A stretch of DNA of 63,480 nucleotides, the filler included, from Reclinomonas americana ATCC 50394 (lineage: Eukaryota): assembly GCA_048213135.1 (NCBI GenBank). It is 9 parts of 9 records of this genome, joined end to end, with 100 filler letters (N's around TTAATTAATTAA, not from the genome) between each part and the next. Parts side by side here need not be neighbours in the genome. Positions count along the whole stretch, not along the records: positions 1 to 14,946 come from AFZH01019600.1; positions 15,047 to 19,832 come from AFZH01019602.1; positions 19,933 to 21,931 come from AFZH01019603.1; positions 22,032 to 30,960 come from AFZH01019604.1; 5 more parts are not named here. One strand, 5' to 3'. The notes under the pieces were generated by a model. The model was not told the DNA's origin. It worked only from the letters and a program-made list of their open reading frames with translations, and searched no databases. Below, piece by piece: positions 10,563 to 22,129 of this stretch (its first letter is position 1; each line of letters starts with the position of its first letter). The position numbers and the translations under genes were made by a program.

Positions 10563-12007
10563 TCACGCGTCACTCGAGGAACCCGATCCGCTACCGTACC
10601 CACCGAGGCCGAGCAGTGCTTCTGACGGCTCCGCACCTGCAACGCATAGCACGTCAGTGTCTTCCCCCGTGAGTGGAATTGACCATTGTGGTACACGCAA
10701 CTGACTGCCGACTGCACCGGCGGCGGTGGTGGCGCTTTCGGCTTCACCTGGATGGCGATCTTGACGCCGGTGGCCTTGGGTTTCGCCAGCACCAGTGTGG
10801 CGTTGCCGATCTTTGCTCGTTTCAGTGCCGGCTCTCCGCTGTCCGCTGCGCTCTCTTTGGCCATCTCCAGCCCCTCGGCCATCATCGTTCGTTTCTGCGG
10901 CCGCAACACGAGTGAGAAAAACACCGTTGCCAAAAAGGATCCGGTGCTGCATCTCCAACTCACCCTGCCCTCTCCAGCACCGTCGCCATCGTCGCTCTCC
11001 ACACGCTTCACAATCGGCTGGTTCTCCGGGTCAAAGTACGAGCGCGCCAGCATCTCATCCTCCATCTCGATGCGGGCCAGCTGTTCACGACGCGTGAGAC
11101 GACGATGCATTTGCAGCACAACGACAACACAGAACACTCACCAGCTCCTCATACTTTTTCCGGTGCATATCGAGCAGAGTGTCCGTGTCGACGCGCGCAT
11201 GCAGCGCATTCATCGAGCGGATCTCGTCGAGCTTGTCCAGCATCTCTGCAACACATATGAGTTCAGCAAGCAGCCTCAACACAATGTGGAGACCAGCACG
11301 CACCCATCTCCGCCTTGGAATCAATCGTCCGACTCTCCAACAGCTTCATCGCATCGACCTCGTCCAACTTGGCGCCCGCCTCACGCTCCAGCTCCTTCTC
11401 GCGATGCTCGACCCACGGCTCAAAGTTCCGAATGCACCCCGCCTCCGCAATGTAATCGCTGTTCTTCGGATCGGTCTTGATCGTGAACTCGCCCGCACAC
11501 ACCGGACACCGCATGTAGAAGCGGAAGATGCGCAAGCCGAGGTAGTCCTCGCCTTGCACGGTTTCCTTTCGCATAGGATGAGCAAGCTGCATTGAGACTG
11601 TGTGTGTGTGTGTGTGTTGTCTCGAGCAGACCTTTCGCGAGTTGAACTTTTTGCCTGCGCCCATGTACTCTCCACACGTGGAGCAACGCAGACTCATCGG
11701 CAACATCATGCGCACAGTGACTTGCATGTCTTTGGGTCGCCGAGTGCGAGGCACAAGTGCCGGCTAACAAAAAACAAGTGAGAGAGAGAAGTAGTCACTC
11801 AAGAGGGAGCAAGCGCGTAACATCAAAGTCCGCTGCAGTGAGAGAGAGAGAGTGAGCAGAGAGAGAGAGAGAGATGCATTTTCGCGCGCGCGCAACGCAA
11901 CGTGGATAGTACTTTTGAATAACCTGCGCTCACACACACGCACAATGGTCAGTAACGCACACACTCTCACACTCTCACGCACACAAACGCACCTTGCGCT
12001 CGCCCAT
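10563..12007 (-). CDS. YJU2: Splicing factor YJU2/CCDC94 (Cwc16)
   Basis: Spliced MGERK|VIQKYYP|PDFD|PALVPR...VRMMLPMSLRCSTCGEYMGAGKKFNSRK|ETVQGEDYLGLRIFRFYMRC...KTDPKNSDY. Confidence 0.92.
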
Positions 12008-12236
12008 TGTGTGTGTGTTGTGTGCGTGTGTGACAATCACGACGATGAGTCACCACGGGCGATTGTCCCTCACAGTGTCAGAGGTCCCTCACCACTGCAC
12101 AGCTGTCAAATACCTCACTCACTTTTCTCTCTCATACACATACGCCCGCACCCTGCATTCTCCTTCTCCTTTTTTGCGTGCGGGACAGTTGAGGTAGTGA
12201 GTCACCTCTCGGGATTGGCCGTGATTGTACCTTGCG

Positions 12237-14570
12237 ATGTTGGGGGGCGCCAGCGGTCACTCCACCAGCGGTCTTCCTGCCGGTTTCTACCGCACAACTG
12301 TCGAGTATCGTGTGCGCATTACGCGCGTGCGACAGCAGATTGTGCGATCAGGTGAGTGAGAGTGAGAAAAAGTTGACTGCACTCTCTCCTGTCTCTCTGT
12401 CTCTCACGCGCATTTGTGCGTAGACTGGGTGCTTCCCGAGCGCTACGAGCTCACCTCTGTGCTGGGCTCTGGCGCATTTGGTGTTGTTGTGTTGCGTTGT
12501 TTTCATCACACAGTGTCTTTCTTTGTCTCTCTGTGTGTGTGACTCTTTGTGTGTCGCAGTGCGGCGCTTGATAAGGAGAGTGGGCGACAGGTGGCTGTCA
12601 AACGCGTGGAGAATGCCTTTCGCTCGGCCGCAGAAGCCAAGCGGTTTGCCTTTGTCACTCTCGCAGTCAACCCCCCATTCTCATCCTTTTTCTGACACAT
12701 ACACACACAGCTTGTTGCGCGAGTTGAAGATCTTGCGACACATGCATCATGATAACGTGCGTCGCCTTCTCGTTGTATATATCGACAAGGTCGACATTGA
12801 CATTTCTTTTGCGTGACAGATCATTCGACTGGTCGACATGGCAAAGCCGACTGCGTATGCCGATTTTCGGCACTTGTACTTTGTGTTTGAGCGCTGCCAT
12901 GTCGACTATTCCACGTTGCGACTCTCGTGTCCGTTGATATCGGCCGCTCTCGTCTCTCATGCGGCGATTGCAGGGTGCTCAAGTCGCCGGTTCCCATTAC
13001 GGAGGATCAGCGACGGCGCTTCCTCTATGAGATGTTCAAGGCGCTCAAGTACATTCACTCGGCCAATGTGCTCCACCGTGACCTGAAGCCCGGTAATATT
13101 CTCACTACGGAGGAGGGCGCCATCAAGCTGTGCGATTTTGGGCTGGCGCGCTCCGTCAACCATCAGGGCGAGGATCGGTCGTCGCCCGAAATGACCCTCT
13201 ATGTCGTTGCGTCCCTGTTGCCGTGGTGTCTGTATCTCTGTGATGCTTACTCTCTAAGAAATTCGAATCGTTAGGTGACACGGTGGTACCGTTGAGTATC
13301 TGTACGCTTTGTCTCGTGCGTGCGTCAATGTGTGCTCACCACAGGCAACCTCGCACAGGCGCTCCGGAACTGCTGCTGTTCTTTTCGCGATACACCACAG
13401 CAAATATCCTTATCGTTATCATCAAGCTTGCTGCTCTTCTTCTTCTTTGTCTCCGTCCTTGACTCACAGCTCGGGCGTGTCGCACTCGACGTGTGGTCGG
13501 CTGGGTGCGTGAACTTCCTGTTTCTCCTTCACTCCGCCTCCGCCCTTGCACTGAACAACTTTTTCCGTGCAGTTGCATCTTTGCCGAGACGTATTTGCGG
13601 TCGCCGCTCTTCCCGGGCTCCACTCGTTGCGTTTCTCCCCAACGCCCACTTCTCCGCCTCCGCCGTCATTTGTCGCTCACTGGCAGAGTGCAGAGCTCAA
13701 CCAAATCACCACCGTGTTCAACCTGATCGGGACACCGAGTCAGGAGGAGGTTGATGAGATTGGCTCGGCAGAGGTTACGTGCATGTGGTTCGACTCGTGA
13801 GTCCGGCGCGGTCGTCCTCATCTCTCTCTTCGCACAGGCAAGACAGTGGCTGTCTACGCAACCGAGGAAAGCACGGAGCTCATTCGCAGCCAAGTTCCCA
13901 CAAGCGCCAGACGAAGGTACTTGCTTCATCATCGTCGCAGTCTCCTTTTTCTTCACGTGGTTCTCATCTTGTCCGCGGCAGCCATTGATCTGCTGGAGCG
14001 CATGCTGGTGTTCCACCCGTCGAATCGCATCTCGGTCGACGACGCTCTTGCGCACCCCTATTTTAGCTCGATTCGTGATCCCGCGTCGGAGACTACGGCG
14101 CCCAGCACGCTCAACTTTGAGTTTGAGCAGCAGGACTTGACGCAGGAGACTGTCAGAGGTCCGTCTCTTTTTTTTTTTTGCCTGGCGATGTGTGTCTCTT
14201 CCCCTCTCATCATGCCGCAGAACTCATCTGGCACGAGATCGCGTCGATGCATCCCGACCTCGTACCGCTCGGACCCACACCACCGGAGGGTGCCGCCGCC
14301 ACCGACGCTCCTCCCGAGGTGGAAGCCGCCGGTGGCTCCGGTTCCGCGCCACCAGAGTCGGACGCAGACACCGGAGCCACTGACGACGGCAGCTCCAGCG
14401 CAGCGGCCGACGGCGGCGGAAGCAGCAGCAGCGGCAGCTTCCTCAGCCCGATTTTGCCCACGCCTCCGCCACCGCCCATGGCGACAGATGCGGGCTCGCC
14501 ACCAGCGGACCCGCTGTCGCTTTCGTCGTCAGACTACGCAACACCACCGCCGCCTCCAACATCCGTGTGA
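12237..14570 (+). CDS. Mitogen-activated protein kinase (TLY activation motif), Pro/Ala-rich tail
   Basis: GSGAFGVV, AVKR, LRELKILRHMHHDNII, HSANVLHRDLKPGN, DFGLAR, MTLYVVTRWYRAPE, YTTAIDVWSAGC, RISVDDALAHPYF. Confidence 0.92.
13404..13485 (+). other. U12-type (minor spliceosome) AT-AC intron
   Basis: 5' ATATCCTT at 13404, branch-like TCCTTGAC at 13456-13463, 3' AC at 13484-13485. Removing it restores YTTA-I-DVWS. Confidence 0.9.
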
Positions 14571-14767
14571 CGAGCGTGTAATGTGCAGCCAAAATGTATA
14601 TTCAAGGGTAAAAAAAGAAGCATGACGAGGGACAAGGGAGACACAAGAAAAAAACTCAAGGACGCTTTCATCGCACACGCACAGTCACACACACAAAACG
14701 CCATGAACCAACAACCTAGGGGAGAAAAAAAGAGAAACAAACGCCACTCGCATGGGGGACTGAAAAA

Positions 14768-14886
14768 TCACCACTTGAGATCGTCGAATGGTGTTGCGTT
14801 GGCCTTCTTCGGACCCGCCTCATCACCCGTTCGCTTCTTCGCACCGAGGCCCGTGCCTTCCCGTGAGGGTGCTTGCATCATGCCGC
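14768..14886 (-). CDS. Probable terminal exon of a gene mostly lost in the assembly gap
   Basis: After an acceptor (aaatacag) the frame reads GMMQAPSREGTGLGAKKRTGDEAGPKKANATPFDDLKW*. Confidence 0.35.
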
Positions 14887-14946
14887 CTGTATTTCAAACC
14901 AAGACATAAAATGAGTGTCGGCTGGCAAAACCAATGAGGAATCCCC

Positions 14947-15046
14947 NNNNNNNNNNNNNNNNNNNNNNNNNNNNNNNNNNNNNNNNNNNNTTAATTAATT
15001 AANNNNNNNNNNNNNNNNNNNNNNNNNNNNNNNNNNNNNNNNNNNN
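14947..15046. other. Assembly gap linker (44 N + TTAATTAATTAA + 44 N); also at 19833-19932, 21932-22031, 30961-31060, 36969-37068, 53901-54000, 59151-59250, 61645-61744
   Basis: Identical 100-nt structure eight times. The 12-mer places stop codons in all six frames. Confidence 0.97.
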
Positions 15047-15601
15047 GAGCGCGCGTTGTGGCCATTGTGCACACACGCCACCAACAACAAAAAAAGAAGC
15101 ACGGCTAAAGTGCCGAAAAAAAGGAAAACTGCTCCCTGCCCCCGCCTCTTCCTCTCTCACTCTCACACATGCACACACACACGTGCAATGCATCACGACA
15201 AGGCACGCAGGGCGTGTGAGAGTGAGTAAGACATTTCGGCGCAAACCCCGCCCCTTGTTCCGATGCAAATCAACTCCCACTCTCTCACGCTGTCATGCAT
15301 ACACGCACAACAACAGCGACAGAGTGTGCGCGTGTGACAACAAGTGTGCACGAAAGAACGAACATGCAGTCTGATGATGACGTGTGTGTGCGAAGATGCA
15401 CTCTGCCTCTCTGTCGGCTGTTGCGCATGTTCTCTCTCTCTCTTTTCCGATTGAAGTGCAAGCAAAGGGACGCAACATGCGCACACGCTCGACGCGCAAG
15501 TGTGATTGAGGGACAGTTGCAGTCCGTCCACGCGCGAGCCACATTGTACACTCGGGCCATATCGTCGGCGTGAGGAGTGTGTGTTAGTGCGCGAAACAAA
15601 C

Positions 15602-17525
15602 ATGAGTCTTGATGCACGACTGCTGCGTCAACGCGAGGCACTGCTGCGCGCGGAACACAATCGCCCAGTTGCGTTTCTCTCTATCTCTCTGATGCAGTAC
15701 AGCACACGCACGCACAGAGACACACAGACACATACAAAGAGAGACAAGGAGAGCACGCCACATATCCCACACACGCACTTGCGCGACAACAACAACAACG
15801 TTGTGCGTTTGCGCGTCATGTCATGGCGCAACTCAACTCCTCACGCTCACCAAACACACATGCACGCACACAACAGGACATGCGTGCGGCCGACCGCGTG
15901 CAAGAGCGCGAAAACCGTCTGCGAGCGGCCGAGGAGAATGCACACGGGTACGCACACACACAAACACAAACACAAACACGTATTGGTTTCGGCCCTCACT
16001 TTGATGATGTATGCAGTGACTTTGCTGCTGCGGAGCGGTATGCGGAGGAACAGGCGCGGGATCGTGGCAGCAATGGGTACTCGGTGCCGACACTGTCGGT
16101 GTTGAGTGTGGCGCGCACAGAGACTCCAGTCGATGCGAATTTGTCGAGTGCTGAGCGCTCCGATGCCGACAGTCTCCTGCAGGTCCTCTATGCCTCTCTC
16201 TCTCTCTCTCTGCCTCTCACTCTATGCGTGTCTTGCTGACTGTGTGTGCGTCGCCCGCGGCTGCTGCTGCATCAGCGATTGTACTTTGGTGGTGGTGGTG
16301 GAGGTGGAGCACCGGCGCAAAGCGTGCGTCATGAATCCTATACTGCACCGCCGCCACCGGCGATATCGACGGCGGCGGCGGCGGCGGCAGTGGGCGCCTC
16401 GCGCTTCTCGGAGCATTCGCCGTCTGGTGGGACGGAGACGTCGTCGGTCGGCGACTCCCCGTCGTATCTGATGCACACCGAGTCTGGTAAGCGTGCTGAC
16501 CATTGTCGTGCTGTTGCGATGGGTGCTGATGAGTGCGTGTAGTGGACCTGCACGATGATCCGTTCCTGCGTGAGTTGTCGCAGCAGCTGTCGCGCAACTC
16601 GGGCTCGCAGGCGCACCTGCATGCGCAGGCGTCGCCGCCGGTGCACCTGCAGCAGAAGCTGCCCGAGTCCCCGCTGGATATTGATGCCAATATGCAGCGC
16701 TACGGCCTTGCGCCGTCCACCGTTGCCGATGAGAGCTTTGATGTGAATGAGTATCTCTCGTTGCTGCGTCAGAACGAGAGCATGGTTGGTGGTGGCAGCA
16801 GCACTGGTGAGTCGCACGAGCACCTCCACCTCCCACGCGCAGTCGCTGAAACCGCCTGAAATGCGCAGGATCGGCACCCTCCGCTCCCGCTGCTCCCGCG
16901 GCCTCCACGTGGCACAAGTCCGAATCTCTCGACGACAGTGGTGTGTCTGCGTGTGTGCGTACAAGGCAGGCAGGTCGTCGTCGCGCTCACGCTTGCTGTG
17001 CGCGCCCGCAGGTGACGATGTGCGCGAGACGTTTGTGAAGCGCATCAATCGGCTGGCAGAAGCCGAGGCGGCACTGAGTGCGTCGTTGGCGGCGCATCCA
17101 GAGTACGAGCGCTCTGCCCTCGGTTCCGATCTGGTCGACACCTCTGGCGACATTTCGACCACCTACCAGGAGTTCTTGGTGCGTGCGAAGTGCCCGATTG
17201 CCTGTGCGTGCGCAAGCTCACGATTATGCGTGTGCACGCAGAGTCGCTTCCACTCCGACGGTCCCAGTGCTCCCCGCTCGCAGGCCAATCCAGATGAGAT
17301 CCTGGCGGTGTGTTTTTTTCACTACCACTGTGCACGACTAACTGCTGTGCGTTTGTTTGGCTCATCCTTTCTTCCTTCTCCCCTGTGTGTGTCGCAGTCC
17401 ATTCGCTCGCCGAGCAACCTGGAGGATTTGAGTGAGGACCAACTGCGTGCCTACCTGCAAGAGGAAGAGAACGAGTGGCGTCGCTACGTCGGCACCATCA
17501 CCAACAAGCAGTTCCATCAGCCGCG

Positions 17526-17616
<91 letters not shown>

Positions 17617-19832
17617 AGTGCGCGTTGCTGTCCGCATCAAGGATCTTCATCAGTCATGATCAGCATTCGTGTTGTGATGTGTGAAGGTGTGTGTGTGTGT
17701 GTGTGCGTGCAGTGTGTGTGTGTGTGTGTGTGTATGAGTGAGTAGTGAGTGTGTGTGTGTGTGTGTTCATCAATGTAGTGCTGCTCGTGGGTTTCTCACA
17801 ACGAAGCATGCAGCCTCTCCGCCCGAGAACCGCCGACTGTACGAGGAGTACTTGGACTTCCGTTTTGGTCGCAACGAAAAGTCACCTCGTCGCATGGAGT
17901 CAGTGGAGCACCGTGACAGTTGCGAGGGCTGCTTGATGCCACGTCTTGTTCTTTTTCGTTTCTAAACCCGCGGCATGCAGTGTCGACCATGACACCCGAT
18001 GAGCAGCGCGAGTACATGCGCACACTGGCGATGCGTGAGGAGTGCGTGCGCAAGAAGCGCGTGAACAAGATGGTGAAGGACGCGGAGGAGCGCAAGCGCC
18101 ACATTCTCAAGGACCGCCTGCGGAAACTGCAGGAGGAGAGCCAGGAGGCTGTCCGTCGCTCCCTTCGTGCCGCCGAGCGCAAGAAGCAGCAGCAGCAACA
18201 GCAGCAACAACAACATGCGCCAAAGCCAGTGGCGCACCCGGCGCAGTCGCACGAAGTCGCACCCGGCGCTTACACTCCCGCAGGCCGGTCAGACTCCTCG
18301 TCGATTGCCGGCAGCGTCGGTAACGGCAGCCAGCCGACCGAGATGACAGCAGCGGCGCCGCCGTTCTCTCGCGACGGGCCGATTGCACTCGAGGTTCGTT
18401 GTGTGCACTCACTTGCACAGTGTTGCTGTGAAGTGTCGCTGAAGTGGATGGATGTGTGTTTCGCGCAGGACTACGAGGGTGGTGCGCACCTGCAACGGAT
18501 ACGTCAGCAGCGTGCGGCGGAGGCAGCGGGTGTGGTGGTGCGTCCGCGCGAACCGGTAACGACCGATCGTGAGGTGTTGCAGAAGCAATCGGAGCAGGCG
18601 GCGCTCAAAAAGTTGCGCGAGTTGAAGCGCGACGAGCAGGACCGCCGTGAGAAGGAGGAGATGGAGAGACGCAAGGTCCAGGCCGAGAAGAATGCGGTTG
18701 GTTTCCACTGCGGTGCGCGTTCAGATGCGCGTTGACGGTCTCTGACAGTATTTTTTGTTGCAATGTAGCGCTTGGCCAAGGTGCAAGAGGAGGCACGACG
18801 GGCGCTGCGTGCGGCCAAGAAGAAGAAGCAAGAGGCGGAGGCGGCGGCTCGATCTCGCGACCCGCTCGACGATCAGGTAAACAACTCGCTTCGTCAGCTG
18901 GAAGCCAACTCGGATCAGTTGCTCGGCCGGCCAGCGCGGCCCGCCTCGGCAGCTGCTCCCCCTGCCTCCTCTTCACAGCCGACAAGCACAGTGTCGCCAA
19001 ACGCTCCGACACGCGCCGCTTTGCGCTTCACGGAACTTAACCAGACAAGTACCACTGCTGCGGCTCCTCCGGCTCGTGCTTCGGTGCCTGCGCCGGCTCC
19101 TGCACGACCTGCGGCGGTGGCACCACTGCCCACCGCGTCACTCACTCCACCAGTGTCATCAACAGCGCCGGCCACTGGTTCCTCGTCCGGTGGCACGTCG
19201 CCGCGTCCTGGTGCCAGTGTGGTGGCTGCTGCAGTTTCGGCTGGTGAGCTGAGCACGGCGGCCTCCAACTCGCCGTCGGCGTTTTCGACTCCACCAGCGC
19301 CTGTGCAGGGCCGCTCCCCCAATCCCTCGCCGTCACCGTCACCGCGCCCGACCTCGGCTTCCGTCAGCTTTGCTCCGCCTCCAGTCGCGACACCAGTGGC
19401 GATGGCCGCACCGACGGAGCCCGTCGATGGAGCCGCGGCGGCAGCGGCGGCAGCGGCGGCGGCAGCTGCCGACAGTGTGCGTAACTCATTTAATCCCGAC
19501 GTCTCTCTCAAGCCGGCAGCCTCGCGGCGACCTGATAGTGAACCGCAGTCTCCGGTCCCCACTGGAGAGTCCTCGTCGGCCGCACCTGTCGCTGTGGCCT
19601 CCGCTCCGGTCCCAGCTCCGGCCTCGGCGTCAGCCACACCTGCGACGCTGGCGACTCCTGCTGTCGCGGCGGCTGCTGCAGCATCCGCTGCCGCTCCCGC
19701 TGCGACCGACGCTCCGGCCGCCGCCGCCGCCGCTGCAGTGGCGGTAACACAACCGGCTGCCGGGTCCAGCCGTGGAGGTACCCCACCGGCCCAAGCCGTG
19801 GCGACGGCGGCTGCGTCAGGCAGCCGGGGAGC
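15602..19832 (+). CDS. Hypothetical multi-exon protein with coiled-coil and Ala/Pro/Ser-rich C-terminus (3' end in gap)
   Basis: MSLDARLLRQREALLRAEHNRP..., EQREYMRTLAMREECVRKKRVNKMVKDAEERKR, LKKLRELKRDEQDRREKEEMERRK, then a low-complexity exon running to the gap. Confidence 0.6.
17528..17614 (+). repeat. (GT)n microsatellite, intronic
   Basis: Directly visible tract. Confidence 0.95.
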
Positions 19833-19932
19833 NNNNNNNNNNNNNNNNNNNNNNNNNNNNNNNNNNNNNNNNNNNNTTAATTAATTAANNNNNNNNNNNN
19901 NNNNNNNNNNNNNNNNNNNNNNNNNNNNNNNN

Positions 19933-21786
19933 CGTCACCCACAAGCGACCGGCCTCCACCAGCGACCAGTTGTGCTCGATCGCTGGGTCGTAGCCCTCTT
20001 CGATGAGGTCGTCGTCTCGGCGCGGACTGCCGAATATGAAGCCGACGGACGCGGAGCCTTCCACGCTGCCGCTGTGGACGGCCGCGAAGGTAACACTGTT
20101 GTTCGTAGTGCTCCACAGCGCCCGCACGGTGAACGAGTACGACGGCGCACCAGCGTCGTGCAAGTGGAACTGAATCGTGTAGGTGCCGTCGCTGCGCATC
20201 GTCCAGTTGACCCAGCCGCCCAGTGCAGTTCCCGCCGGCGTCAGCACTTGCTCCTGGTGGGTGACTTCGCGCACGGGCGGAGCGCCACGTCCACGAATGA
20301 CCACAATGCCATCGGCTTCCGTCCAACCGAGCTGACCGTGCTGGAAGGAGCTGATGCGGCCGCGACGCTGGTTTGCTGGATTCGTCCAGTCGCTCTCGTC
20401 CGACACCGGGTATCCCAGCCAGCTCGTTTCCGAGCCCATCTGGTGCCACCGGTGGGCAATTACACCGTGGACCTCGTGGGCGCCAGTCTCCGGTGTCCAG
20501 TAGATGGCGCCGCCCTCAAAGTGAGTAAATGCACCATGATTGTCGGGGCACGGCAACGAGTCGGTGACAGGGTAACCGAGCAGGCCGCGTTCCCAGCCAA
20601 GCTGACCCCACTTATCGCCAATGAGGCCATGGATATCGTGGGCCCCGGTCTCCGGCGTCCAGTAGATGGCGCCCTTCTGGAAGGTGTTGAAGCGTCCACG
20701 GCCATCGGGAGCGGCCTTCTCATCCGAGGTCGGATAGCCGAGGAGGCCGGCCTCGCGGCGAAACTCGGTCCACTTGTCCAGAATCGCCCCTTGAACCACG
20801 TGAGCACCGATCTCCGGCGTCCAGTAGATGGCGCCCTTCTGGAAGATGCTGAAGCGGCCGTGGCCGTCGGGAGCGATGTTCTCATCGGAGGTCGGGTAGC
20901 CGAGCACACCGACCTCACGATGGAGCGCGGTCCACTTGTCCAGGATCGCTCCCTGCACTTCGTGAGCGCCAGTCACTGGTGTCCAGTAGATGGCGCCCTT
21001 TTGGAAGGTGCTGAAGCGGCCGTGGCCGTCGGGAGCAGCGTTCTCGTCCGAGGTCGGATAGCCGAGCGCGCCGACTTCACGGCGCAGCTCGGTCCACTTG
21101 TCAAGAATCCGCCCCTGTACCTCGTGAGCACCGGTCTCCGGGGTCCAGTAGATGGCGCCCTTCTGGAAGGTGCTGAAGCGACCGAAGCCGTCAGGCGCGA
21201 TGTTCTCATCCGAGGTCGGGTAGCCGAGCGCACCAGTTTCACGATGGAGCGCGGTCCACTTCTCGAGAATGGCTCCCTGCACCTCGTGAGCACCGGTCTC
21301 CGGGGTCCAGTAAATGGCGCCCTTCTGGAAGGTGCTGAAGCGGCCGTGGCCGTCGGGTGCGATGTTCTCATCGGAGGTCGGGTAGCCGAGCGCACCAGTT
21401 TCACGATGGAGCGCGGTCCACTTGTCCAGGATCGCTCCATGCACTTCATGCGCACCGGTCTCCTGCGTCCAGTAGATGGTGCCCTTCTGGAAGGTGCTGA
21501 AGCGGCCGTGGCCGTCAGGGGCAGCGGTCTCGTCCGAGGTCGGATAGCCGAGTATGCCGGCCTCTCGATGAAGAGCGGTCCACTTCTCGAGAATGGCTCC
21601 CTGCACCTCGTGAGCGCCGGTCTCCGGCGTCCAGTAGATGACTCCTCGCTCGAAGACGTTGAAGCGACCGTGGTGGTCTGCGGTGGCGGTCTCGTCAGTC
21701 GTTGCTTTGCCGAGAATACCAGCTTCGCCACCCAGCGACTGGTACTTGGCGAGGATGGCGCCTTGCACGATGTGTTGGCCAGACAT
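19933..21786 (-). CDS. LGFP-repeat protein (nine ~54-aa repeats) plus C-terminal domain; 3' end in gap
   Basis: Repeats of HEVQGAILDKW...LGYPTSDE...DGHGRFSTFQKGAIYWTPETGA; uninterrupted ORF. A candidate 82-nt GT-AG intron at 21788-21869 ends just before the ATG. Confidence 0.9.
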
Positions 21787-22031
21787 GCTATGTGCGAAAG
21801 AAGACGCGGGTGAGAAGATATAAAGGTATGAGCCGTGGTTTCTCTTGCAGAAACGCCAGCATTAGCCACCTCGACTTTCTCTCAGTGTTCACGTGATGTC
21901 TGAGTTTCTGGTGCTCACTCAAGATGGTGATNNNNNNNNNNNNNNNNNNNNNNNNNNNNNNNNNNNNNNNNNNNNTTAATTAATTAANNNNNNNNNNNNN
22001 NNNNNNNNNNNNNNNNNNNNNNNNNNNNNNN

Positions 22032-22113
<82 letters not shown>
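22032..22113 (+). repeat. (CT)n microsatellite at contig edge; similar tracts at 31072-31120, 54001-54058 (GA), 59251-59308
   Basis: Directly visible tracts abutting the gaps. Confidence 0.95.
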
Positions 22114-22117
<4 letters not shown>

Positions 22118-22129
22118 CCTCCCGAACAG

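Noticed and set aside
13291..13358. Non-canonical TT...GG introns as an alternative reading of the shifted donors
   Set aside because: Sliding the junction one base works only when the next exon starts with G. Many cases (12491, 31824, 38406) do not, so GT-AG boundaries with an internal shift fit better.
14991..15002. Recurring TTAATTAATTAA motif
   Set aside because: It is always centred in N runs with identical spacing, so it is an artificial six-frame-stop contig linker.
17362..17760. ORFs with poly-CV, HT or ER runs
   Set aside because: They are translations of intronic dinucleotide microsatellites.
20400..21780. Regular 162-bp repeats resembling a CRISPR or satellite array
   Set aside because: The repeats are in-frame coding LGFP units with no unique spacers, and no cas genes are present.
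19972..21813. 613-aa plus-strand ORF
   Set aside because: It is an antisense shadow of the GC-rich, codon-biased LGFP gene.
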